From: Takakia lepidozioides
Taxonomy: Eukaryota > Plantae > Bryophyta
Assembly: GCA_030704615.1 (NCBI GenBank)
Contig: CM060731.1
Coordinates: 91,388,001-91,452,000, forward strand
Direction: 5' to 3'
Length of the DNA stretch: 64,000 nt
Position numbers and translations under genes: made by a program. Positions 1 through 11,461 of the stretch are shown here, piece after piece. Position 1 is the first letter of the stretch; each line of letters opens with the position of its first letter. The notes beneath the pieces were generated by a model. The model was not told where the DNA came from, searched no databases, and saw nothing but the letters and a program-made list of their open reading frames with translations.

Positions 1-642
1 TTGGAAACATGACGATGAGGGTAGATCTAGAATAGAGGCTCACATTGATCAACTTGCCCTACCCCGAAGAAGAAGATGGATTAATGAGCTTTTGGCTAGA
101 CAGAATACTACCATATGGACGTCAACAACGATTCTATTGGTGCCGTGATCGACCAATGTGGCCAGATTGCGCGTGCTCATAAATCTATTTAGGAGCCCTA
201 CACCCGAGATCTTCCATAGCAGCTCACATTCGATGGCAAGTTGATTATTTGACGCATTGTGTTCAGTGCCGTTTTTTTGCAGAACATTACATGATCCATA
301 GAAATCAGTGCAATTAAAACCCCCCACCAGGAGGCGGAACGCGATTTCATGTGTGGTTGCACGCTGACGTACCACCACAACCTCGTTTTTATCAACAATA
401 CACTGATTTGAATTCTTTCATTATTGCTATGATTATGCAGGGTTATACCTTGATAGTATAGGTAATGCTAACTGGATAAGCCAAGCAGCAAAGATGAATG
501 TCGAATTCTACTTCTAGTTCCCATCATAGTCCTAGTACAGATTCCGGAGGGACACATCCTAGACTTAGACGTATAATATTTCGCGCAACAATTAGAGAAA
601 GATTTTTTCAATTACCCAGAAGTACAGTTCAAGTAACTACAT

Positions 643-2634
643 TTGAAGAAAGAAACGGAGGAGACTTCGGTTAATCAACCCATAAATCACCTGAATATAG
701 ATCTGAACGGACAGGACTCTGAAGGTTCTGAATCCTCAGTATCCTCTCCACCTTTAAGCCCAGCTAGACCCAGTAGTCCAACATCTAATCCACCGTTGAG
801 CCCAGGAGGTTCAATGGCGCAACCACAACCACCACAGGCACCCCCGGCACCAGCACCTCCTGTACCGGCACCTCCCGATATTCCAATAGTGGTGCCAGCA
901 GGTTTGGCTCCATTGCCACTACCGGGTCACTTATCTTGGTTTTCTGGTGAACCACATGAAAACCCTGAATATCATGTGAATTTTTTTGTCCAAAGTTGTT
1001 ACTCCAATCAGGCTTTGGATGATGCTTATTGGTTGATCTGGTTCCCTACGACTTTAAGGGGTAGGGCGTTGACTTAGTATTGGCAGCAAAACGGGGGGTC
1101 ATCCCAACAATGGACTCAAGTTCGGGATGCCTTTCTACATTTCAGAGCAGTACATCAGTTTACGAGTATTCTTATGGCCCTTGCCAGGATTAGACAGGGA
1201 CCAAATGAGGAAGTTGCTGATTTTGAGACGCGTTTCAAAGAGCTAATGCGATTACAGAATCCTCTGACACCCTTGGATGATGGGGTTCTGAAAGATTGCT
1301 TCCTGAGTGAGGATATTCACTTGTTTGTGTTGCAACAGAGACCTGCTACATTAACATATGCGATCAACTCAGGGAAAGAACATGACAACGTGCATCGTCA
1401 GGTACAACATGCGAAGATGCCAGAGATGGCTCTTCCTTCATACATTGCGATTAACCCCACGCTTGCAATTTCGGAGGCACCTCCCCCGCCCTATTACAGA
1501 CCGACAATGACTGGAGGGATGGTTCCTGCTGCCACGATGACATCTGCAATGCCTTTGGTGGCTACCACCACCCCCTCAAACCCAGCAAGGCACTTTCAGT
1601 CAGTTCCTGCTTAATCATATACGGAATCCACTAGCAATGACCGGATGGGACATTTTGAGGAACAACTAACATCTGTGTTGAGATCTGTTGAGTCCATGGG
1701 AGATAGAGTTAGTGCCATTGGTCAGCAGGTTTCCAGTTATGTCCATCACAGGGATACTCAGGTACCATTAGCTGAGACGGGTCCTAATGCGTCCAAGTTA
1801 TGGTGTTATAATTGTCGAGGGTCAGGTCATGATCCCCAACATTGTCCCAACCCGATCCAAGAAAGGGGACCTCCTCCATCCCAGAATCCTCCACCAGGAT
1901 AGGGGTATAGGCCACGAAACCGTTATCCGCCATGTGGAAAGTGTGGTCGGTCCAGTCATAGAACAGAAGATTGTTGGAACGATGTCACATGTCTTCATTG
2001 TGGTTTAGTAGGTCATCCTTTGGAGCGCTGTCAAACAAGAAATATTGAGAGGCCAAAACCTACAACCCAATGGCAAGTTGATCAGAATCTACGAGGTCAA
2101 AGAGCGCCATTTCCTGATCAATATAATCAGGTGCCTCCGGCAAATTTACCACCCCAACACGAGATGTACTTTGCTCCGCAAATATTACAAAGAGATCCAA
2201 ATTCCAATCCCCCAAAGCAATCTCAATTCAGTCGTCAGCCTAGGGTGTCATTTACAAATCATGTGATGCAGGAAACGCAAAGTCAACTTCCATGTCGACG
2301 ATCTCAGGATGAGAGGAATCAAGGGTCCAATCAAGCATCGACATCCACACAACCTCTTCCACAAGCAGGGACTTCCTCTGGTCCAGTCACACAGAGGTTA
2401 CCATCGCAAAATAATGTGAATTGGATACACGCCGAACTGTCAAGCATGCCAAAAGAGGAGGAACGTGAGGAGAACACATGTGTGGTGATGACTCGCCAAC
2501 AACGAGAGATGCTGGTACGAGCGCCGGAAGAGGTTATTCCAGAGGTTACACCTACTTCATCTTCGAACAAAGAACCAATGGATTTTCAAGTTGTGAAGGA
2601 TGATGTGACAAAAATATACTACTCTTCACAATGA
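643..2634 (+). pseudogene. gag with three CCHC zinc knuckles
   Basis: ORFs 643, 1174, 1645 and 2020 share one frame, broken by stops. Retrotrans_gag-like 'FPTTLRGRAL..' and 'RQGPNEEVADF'. Knuckles CYNCRGSGHDPQHC, CGKCGRSSHRTEDC and CLHCGLVGHPLERC. Confidence 0.88.
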
Positions 2635-2807
2635 GAATGAAACCAGTATCAGGAAGGGAAAGTCTGTGGTATTTGAAGGGCACTACTCTCCGGGTAAGGT
2701 GTCCACTCCGTTGCCGTCACTAGTGATGCGACCGAAAGTGTCAGCAGTCAAAATAGCTAACACTATAGCGAAACGTCCTCAAATTCTGAAAAAGGAAGTC
2801 TACCGCC

Positions 2808-3360
2808 ATGAGATTTGCCGATGAGCTTGAGCCCTATAACTTGATGCATGACCTGCGCCAAAGGCAGGCCAACATTTCAGTAGCTCAGTTTGTTGCTCTT
2901 GCTCCTACAGTCAGACAAGCCTTGAAGGCTTCATTGGTCAGGAAAAGACGAGAGAATTTCCCAGTAGCACATCATGTCAATGCAAGAATAGACCCTGGAC
3001 CAATAGAGATTGAAGTGGAGATTGTAGACTGTTTTATTCAACATTGCTTGGTAGATGGTGGAAGCTCGGTGAACATCATGCCACTCTCCACAATGGAGAA
3101 ACTAGGCTTACACATGACTAGTAAATCCCCATTGATTATCTGATTGGCGGATCAGCGAAGAATCCGGCTAGTGGGTCAAATTTCCAATCTGCAGATGCAA
3201 TCCGGGGGTTCTGCATACACAATGGACTTCCAAGTCATTGAATTTCCGTCAGATGGAGACTCATATGCATTACTGTTGGGCAGACCATGGTTGGTTCAGG
3301 CTCAAGCATGTACAGATTGGGCTAAGGGAACCATCACTTATGGGGTCAAACCCAATAGTG
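2808..3360 (+). pseudogene. Aspartic protease of gypsy pol
   Basis: LVDGGSSVNIM catalytic motif and downstream LLLGRPWL; in-frame stop at 3141-3143. Confidence 0.85.
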
Positions 3361-3999
3361 TGACAGTGTCATTCCTCTCATCTGTACCCAAGGTCTTAAC
3401 TGATGAAGATGAATTCGGTGCAATAGGATCAGATGAGGAGTCGGAAGATTTGAGTGAGGAAGATCTTCGTACTAAAGAAGAACCTGAAGTGCAAATCAAT
3501 AGAGTGATAACTACGCCTTGGGTATTTAAAAGACCCAAGATGATTGATGAGGGGAAGAACTTGTTGGGGGATGTGGTCAAGTCATTAGGCCCAGGGTTGT
3601 ATGAGTGTAACTCTGATTCCGATTGTCTTGAGTGGTTATATGGTAGGGAAGAAACCGTGAATATGATTCATGCGGAAGGAAAGACCATTACAGGTATGGA
3701 ACTACCATTTTCAAAGAGAGGGATTTTGGTAGAGTTGTTCACAATCAACTTTGACCGAGTTAGCATGGATAATAGCACTCTCCCTCAGGATGAAAACCAT
3801 GAGATCCTTGGTCTCATACTCATTGACGAAGACGAAGTAGTACATGACATGTTGAGACATATTGCTCCGTCCATTCCCTACCTACAACGGACAAATACTC
3901 CTGCACTGTCAGAACAAATCACGGAGTCAGAATTCATTTCTGAACCTAAGACTCAGACAATAGACATGTCAGTAGGAGATGAACCTCCAAGAATGGTAC

Positions 4000-5386
4000 A
4001 GGTAGGAGCTCAGTTGACTCCAGAGCAGGTCCTAGAGTACCAGGTTTTATTCAAAGAATTCCGTAATGTTTTTGCATGGTCCTATACTGAACTGAAAGGG
4101 ATTCCTCCGTACATTGCAATGCACGCAATTCCTTTAGTTCCGCAGGCACGACCGCGAAGACAGCGGGAAAGAGGGTCAATCCAAATTTGGCTTTGCTAAT
4201 CAAAACGGAAATTGAGAAATTATTAGCTGCTGGTTTTATCTTCCCTGTTGAAACTTCAGAATGGGTTTTACCAATGGTGATTGTAAGAAAGAAAACTGGA
4301 GGCTTGCGGGTCTGTGTGAACTTTCGTCCTCTCAATGATGTCACTCATAAATATCATTTTCCGTTGCCCTTTCTTGACTCCTTAGTAGAGGAAGTGGCAG
4401 GGGAAGAAATATATTCTTTCATGGATGGATTTTCAGGATACAACCAAGTGTTTATTGATCCAAAAGATGTAATGAAGACGACTTTCACTTCTCCATGGGG
4501 CACTTTTGCTTATACACGCATGCCATTCGGTCTATGCAACGCACCCCTAACCTTTCAAAGGGTGATGACCTATGCATTTTCCGATATTGTTCGAAGGAAC
4601 ATGGCTATCTTCTTGGATGATTTTTGTTGCCATGGAGAAATCCACAGTCACATCACCGCACTTCGAGAGTGCTTTCTCAAATGCAGGGAGACTGGTATTT
4701 CCTTGAACCCAATGAAATGTGTCTTTGTTGTTACCCATGGACTCTTGTTAGGCCATATTGTGTCCAAACATGGAATTGCTACTGACCCATCCAAGGTCAA
4801 GGCTATTGCTCAACTTTTACCACCGGAAACAGTGTCAAAGGTCAGGAGTTTCTTAGGCCACGTAGGGTGGTACAGAAGATTCATGGGAAACTACGCCTCA
4901 GAGGCCATCCCCTTGACCCGCTTATTAAGAAAGAACAAAGTTTTCTCATGGGATACAGGATGCCAACAAGCTTTTGAGAACCTAAAGCAAAAACTGATAT
5001 CAGCACCAGTTTTGGCAGCACCAGTCTGGGACAGACCTTTTCATGTGTATGTTGACGCTTCAGCAGTTGCGGTTGGATGTGCTTTGTGTCAACCTGATAC
5101 AGAAGGCCATGATCACCCCATTGCTTTTGCCAGCCGTCAGCTTACATATGCAGAATCAAGGCATAGTACGACTGAAAGGGAGGCATTGGCTATGATTTTT
5201 GCAGTACAAAAATATCGTCATTACCTCTTGGAGACACCATTCATCTTCTTTGTGGATCACATGGCATTGCGCTATTTGATTAACAAACCAGATCTTACAG
5301 GTCGCATTGCTAGATGGTTGATTTTGTTACAAGAGTTTGACTACAAAGTGGTGTACAAACCCGGAAGAGACTCTCTGAACAGTTAG
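4000..5386 (+). pseudogene. Reverse transcriptase / RNase H of gypsy pol
   Basis: MDGFSGYNQ, MPFGLCNAP and FLDD (YxDD). RNase H YVDAS..., TTEREALA, VDHMAL. Frameshift near 4170-4190. Confidence 0.92.
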
Positions 5387-5424
5387 GGGATGAACCTATC
5401 AATGATGACTTTCCTGATGCATTC

Positions 5425-6698
5425 TTGTTCGCTATAGACACTGTTCCAGCATGGTATGAACCCATAGCACAGTATTTGAGCACCCTTGAATTCCCAGAAG
5501 GCTTGAACCGTCATGAGAGGCGAAAGATCAATGTCCAGAGTATGAAATTTGTTTTATTGAGAGGACGGTTATATAGGAGAGGACTAGAGGGACTTTTGAG
5601 AAGATGTGTCACTATGGAAGAAGTTCCTCAAATATTGGAGGCTGCTCATGATAGTCTCTGCGGTGGTCACTTTGCGGGATGGCTCACCGCTCAGAAGGCT
5701 TTACGATCAGGATACTACTGGCCGTCTATGTTCAAAGATGCTCATATGCATGTTCGTCATTGTGACGCTTGTCAGAGGTTTGCACGCAAGGACAATAGGC
5801 TAGGCATGCCATTGGTTCTGACGCTACCACTTGCTCCATTTGAGAAGTGGGGATCAATTTCATTGGAGAAATCCATCCAGCGTCTAGCAAACATAACAGA
5901 TATATCATTCTTGCAACTGAGTATCTGACAAAGTGGGCCGAAGCCAAAGCAGTTAGGAAAGCAAACGCTCAAACTACTGTGGCTTTTATCTTTGAGTATA
6001 TCCTTTCTCGATTTGGTTGTCCTCGTGAGTTGGTCAGTGATAGAGGATCGCATTTTCTCAATGAGGTCATTGAGGACATGATGGCCACATTCTCCATCAA
6101 ACACCGGAAAGCGACCCCCTATCATCCTCAGACGAGCGGTCAGGTGGAAAGGGCCAATCAGACCTTATGTAACATTTTGGCCAAGACCATAGAAGCCAAC
6201 AAGAGAGACTGGGATACCAAGCTCATCTCAGCTTTGTGGGCATTCCGCACCACACACAAAGTTACAACCAAGAACACTCCCTTTTCATTGGTCTATGGGG
6301 TAGAATCCATCATGCCAATTGAAACGGAAATCCCATCCTTGCGAATGGCCATCGATGAGAGACTCTCAGAGTCTGAGTCCCTAAGGGAGCGACTTGAGTT
6401 TTTGGAAGGTCTGGATGAAACTAGGCAATTCGTAGCTCAGAACATTGAGTCTGTGCAGCGGCAACGCAAGGCCCGCTTTGATAAGAGGAGAAAGAAACGT
6501 ACTTTCAAGGAAGGAGATTTGGTAATGGTGTTTGACAGCAGGAATGAAAACTTCAAAGCGAAATTCGACTCTTTGTGGATGGGTCCATATGTGGTACATG
6601 AAGTCTTCGACAATGGTTCTTTGCAGCTGGAGACCTTGAGGGGGGAATGGTTTCCAAACATAGTAAATGGAATACGTTGCAAGCATTATAATGTGTGA
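5425..6698 (+). pseudogene. Integrase of gypsy pol
   Basis: HHCC (AH..GGHF..CDAC), frameshift at about 5850, SDRGSHF, GQVERAN and C-terminal WMGPY. Confidence 0.92.
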
Positions 6699-8163
6699 CC
6701 AGTTCCAGAGTAAGCATAGGTATGTCTTGCCCTAATCTTTTCTAGTCAAGAGTGGAGCTTGAATAGAAGCAGGGCAGTGGAATTTACATCAGTTCAAATT
6801 TTAGAAAGGGTAACAACGATATTTTCTCTACCCTTGTATCTCTTTGAATTGGTTGTCCCTTCATTCTTAACAATGTACAAAGTGAAAATTAATTTTGTGC
6901 AGGTTTGAAAACGACGTCTGTGTTTGCATCCATATGTCACCTGCATTATTGCCGATCATTTTGTAAAAAATGCATGTCCACTGAGGCGCTTCAGTTCCGA
7001 ATCATATCTCATGTGCATACATAGTATTTGCTGCAACAAACACTCTGCCAGTATACCGATGTTCCCTGCATGGAACACTGCGACTTCCTGAACGTGGATC
7101 TCTAAACTTGTACCATTCCTTCCAATCTATTGTCAATATCTCTACCCCACTGCAGTATTCCTCATAGAGAGAGAAAAGTCACAAAAGCCGTGAGGGGGTA
7201 CAAGGAGAGATTGTAGAGCGGTGGTTGCTGCTCCCCTCATCTGAGTGACTGATGTCAGGCACGGGAAAACCCACAAGGGCCTGTGACCTCTTTTCTAGTA
7301 GTTAGTTAAAAATGGTGTGTCAAGCCAGAGTGTGGTCCTTTTCAGTCAAGAATTCCACCATGCACTCTGCGAAATCCATGAAAGTCCCTGCGGGTCATGT
7401 TTTAGACACAAATGGCACGTCTTTTATTTCCGGTGTAGGGTCCTCCGAAGTTCAAGAGTATCCAATCCTTTTCATTGCTACTTGCTCCGGCCGGGTTCGA
7501 GCGGAGATCCTCTCTTAGAATTGCTATTCGTGTCATGTCATTTTTTAGAAATAGCCAGAGTATGGTCCTCTGCGGTGCAGAAAATATCCAATCATTTCCC
7601 ACTGATATACGAGCATAGGCTCAAAGTATCTACAAGACCGTAGTAGAATTGAAAACCAATCTGACACATCATATCTAGGGGATTCAAGCCCAGTCCGGTG
7701 GGGGAGAATGGATGGGTTTGAAATGTTTTTTATCTGGGACTCAAACTCTCTCCGAAGAGGGAGAGAGGATGGTTTTACAAATTTATTATCTGGATTTTTG
7801 CTCAGGGAACTCAAACTCTCTCTGTAGAGGGCGAGTGGATGGTTTTCAGACTTTGTGATTTGTTTCTCTTTCTTACGTCAAAACAATGTACATTTATACA
7901 GCCCCTACGTCATGTCAATGATAGATGTTCAGTTTCACAATGTGCAACCAGAGATTTTGGGTTCTTTCACACTCGGGGCGAGTGTTCCCCATTGGCCGCC
8001 ATATATGTCGATCATCTTTTTTTTATTCTAATTAAGACAACGTATTTCATGTACATTAGTGTATATTTTATTGAGTTGAGTACAAAATTATAGTAGAAAA
8101 TCTTCAAGAAGTGAAATTATATAGCAATGACAGAGCTGGAGTAACTATCGGAGCAAGCCGGAT

Positions 8164-8620
8164 GTGATATCGGCTTCTTCCTCAAAGAATATCAATGACA
8201 TGTTCCAAGAGGATAGGAAAAGGTCTCGCTCTCAGACTGTGAACCGGATTCGGATTTTTGAAAACCCATCTCTGGCGACTAGTTTGTCTGACCATGAGAG
8301 CCTTGGCAACGGAATTGTCATCCCGGAGGACGTTGTATCACTGGAGAACCTGCAGAAAGTGGCATCCCATCATAGAGAGGACCAGCCCAATGACAACTCC
8401 TTGATTCCGGGGTTGACAGACCATGTGACATTGGAGTGCATCGCAGAGGAATGCAGCTTTTGGTGCGGACAGTACTCTAGAGGTTACATGGTATGGAGGT
8501 ATGATCTAGAAATCAATGAATGTCTTTAGCGCCAAGAATGATTCAGGATCGATGTCTTTGTAAGTTAGCAAATGCAAGAAAATATGCTTATCTTGCTGGA
8601 GGATCTCACCAGCAGACGAC
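8164..8620 (+). pseudogene. F-box/kelch-repeat protein fragment
   Basis: NSLIPGLTDHVTLECIA (plant F-box LIPGLPDD-like), then VWRYDLEINE / APRMIQDRCL / AYLAGG kelch remnants. Internally deleted and frameshifted. Confidence 0.6.
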
Positions 8621-8718
8621 TCTCAGAACAACGCTACAACTCGCTGCTTCAAGCAAGAGAACCGCTCCCCGATCTCAACATAGCACGGGAAAGGGAGCTA
8701 ATGGGAAAAAAAGATAAA

Positions 8719-9116
8719 TGTTAACCGCTGGATACTGGCTAATCAAGGGTAGCGATCCCACTTCCCAAACGGATGATTAACATGGAGGAGAAGCAACATT
8801 CATAAGGACTTAAAAACGGACCATGTACCAACTTAAGTTGATCATGTCCCAGGATGGAAGATGGATGAAAATTATGGAGGGATGAAAGTTACAGATGGAT
8901 GAGAGATTACAGGTTGGATGACAAAAATAAAATGGATGACAATGACAACAGATGGATGATAAACACATGGCTTGATCTAGTCCATCCAGATGGAGGGGAC
9001 AGATCTAACGGATTAAAATAAAAAGATCATATATTAGATTAATGGACACTCTAGGAAAAAATTAATTAAATATTTTTAACTAGGTGTCGGTGCTTAAATG
9101 CACCTAACCTACATCA
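8719..9116. mobile_element. Possible short LTR (TG...CA)
   Basis: Starts TGTTAAC and ends CTACATCA, followed by TTGGTGCTTT (PBS-like TGG). No TSD seen. Confidence 0.3.
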
Positions 9117-10423
9117 TTGGTGCTTTATTTATTTATTTAAAACAGATGGATGACATCCGTTAAAATAGTTGGACGGATGGAGTCAAGGAGAAGATGACGA
9201 GCTGCTATAAAGCAGCCGGCGGAAGGACCGAGCAATCAATCTAGTCTCTTATTGGTCTTCCTTCACTCTCTCTCCCTCTCGCTCTCTCTCTCTCTGCTTC
9301 CCATCCTCCCTTTGCCAAAACCAGGTAGTTTAGTTGGAGATAGAACCAGAGAATGAACTCTGGTTCCTAGTTGTGGTGCCTAGTGTTGATTTAAAAATAA
9401 TATAACAACTTGCAGTCCAACGTTCAGTGTTATTCAGATCTTTGGTCGGTGAAGCCGAATTGGTCGGAGTGTGTGCACTTGATCCACCGTTGTATTTCAG
9501 TTGAAGTATGCATCAGTCTTGTTAGATCTCAACGTTGTCGAATTTGTGAGTCTTCACGTTTGATTTTCACGAAATTCTAGCGGCTCGGATTGGCGGAGTT
9601 GAATTTCTTGAATCAAAGTGCTTCAGTGTGTAGATTTTCTTTGATTATTCCTGCACACCATCTGTTTCCAATCGTATCTCTTTTCGGAAACTTACCATCT
9701 CATACGTCTTGTATAATAGGCTGGATCACATCAGTTGAGTGCTTATTAGTTTCCAGCGGTAGGAAGAGAGTACTTGGCCTGCAAGTTTTTTTCTTAAAAA
9801 AAAAAAAAAAACAAAACTACTATTAGTGACCGGTGGTTGAGCGGAACTGGAGATAAGACCGGTTGTTCGCGGACGAAAGACTGAAATCAAGAGGAAGGGG
9901 TATGTGGCCTTTGAAAACTCAATAGTCACACCTTTCTGTACTTCAGGCGTCATTAAAAATAGATGGTGGCACGATGAATCACAGGGGCCAGCCAAATGTT
10001 TCAAGTTTGGTCTCCCGCATTGATCTACGCCGCTTGTCTTTACTCATAACGGAAGAAGTGGACGATTAGGCTTATGGGTGTGAAGCGGTGGTGCATGAGC
10101 CTCACTTGTTATGCATCACCATGAGTTTGTGTTCATAGGTGTGCCAGCAAATTCCCTGTGCATGTTGACGAGTAATTTTTCTCTTAAGCTTGGTATCGCT
10201 GATGTCATTGGGATCGGGGATCATAGCACTACTTTATTCTAACCCTCGGATACCACGGCTGCTTCACTGATTCATGGCCCTTGCTTGTTCAGATCTTAGC
10301 CCCTTGGACGCTTGTGCATGCACTGCGTTTGATAATTGTAATGCCAGAGACGTTTTGGTGGTGTCTGATCATGTTCAGGGAGATGAAGCGTTGCATAATT
10401 TGGAAGTTTTGAAACAACCGTTT

Positions 10424-10600
10424 AAAATTCTAGCGATGACCGAAGGTCGAGAGCTAGTTTAGCGTAGAGCGGGAATAGGGTGCCATAGTGCCACGTCATC
10501 GTCGCCACGTTTCGTAGCCACCTGTCGTTGCCACGTTTCGTACGTCGTCAATTTCTTTGGGCCCTGCCCAGTCTGCCCGAAAATAACTGGGAAAAAAAAC
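10424..10600 (+). repeat. Dispersed ~180-bp repeat with CTAG-bounded hairpin (Helitron-end-like); inverted copy at 54578-54752
   Basis: AAAATTCTAGCGATGACCGAAGGTC...TAGAGCGGGAATAGGGTGCCATAGTGCCAC matches the reverse complement of 54578-54752. Confidence 0.7.
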
Positions 10601-10789
10601 CCGGATAGATGATGCCCCCGCGTCCTTGATCACGTTTACAAGGTTCTTGGAAGAGTCAGCTTGGTCTTACGCCGTGTTTCAATCTCTTTCTGCTCAGTTG
10701 CACCGTGGTGGTTCTCACAGACCAATATGGCATTACCTGACTACAGACACAAGCAGCACACAGAATGTGGAACCTTTGACCAATGGTAC

Positions 10790-11210
10790 GTGAAGGGGTG
10801 ACGCCCACCAAGGTCACGTTCGTTTCTGCTCTCAGCGGCGTGTGCCAGCATAGATGCCCTGGAAAAGGGAAAACAGGTCCAAGCTGACATTATGAAAGCT
10901 GGAATTGCACCAGATATCATTCTAGAGGCTGTCCTTACTGCCATCTATGCCAAGTGCGGGAGCATGAAGGAGGCCCGTCGAGTTTTCGTCAATATGGCTG
11001 GACGAGATATGGTTTCATGGAGTGCGATGATTGCAGGATATGCTCAGCAAGGGTGTGGTCAGGAGGCCTTGGAGACCTATGAGCAAATGATATGGGAAGG
11101 GTGGGTACCGGACAAAGTCACATTCACTTCCGTTCTTGATGCATGTGCCAGCCTATCAGACTTGGAAAAGGGCAAAAAGATCCATGCTGATATTATCAAA
11201 GCCAGAATTG
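10790..11210 (+). pseudogene. PLS-class PPR fragment
   Basis: YAKCGSMKEARRVF..RDMVSWSAMIAGYAQQG..PDKVTFTSVLDACA; truncated on both sides. Confidence 0.85.
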
Positions 11211-11461
11211 AGCCACCCGGCATCCTTGAGCGCGGAGGGGTCTCACGCAATATGGTGACGGCACCCTCTTCTTCGACCTATTTCAGCCTGTTTTTGCCTC
11301 TCATCAGACTCGGCCCTGAGATGCCTGTTATCATAATCAGCCCTAAATTTTCATGTTGAATTCTGCAAGTTAGCTGGTTGACTAAACCTTTGATAGTTTG
11401 GAGTGACTGACATGATACTGCCAATGTGACAACAGGAAAGTATCCATAAACAGGTAACAGA

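Larger units (their letters stand above)
643..7850 (+). mobile_element. Degenerate Ty3/gypsy LTR retrotransposon (non-chromovirus, Athila/Tat-like), internal region
   Basis: Domain order gag-PR-RT-RNaseH-INT with many stops and frameshifts. No chromodomain after the integrase GPY motif. No LTR pair identified inside the window. Confidence 0.92.

Noticed and set aside
1-642. 5' LTR/PBS of the gypsy element
   Set aside because: No match to sequence after 7850 and no clear PBS; the LTR probably lies outside the window.
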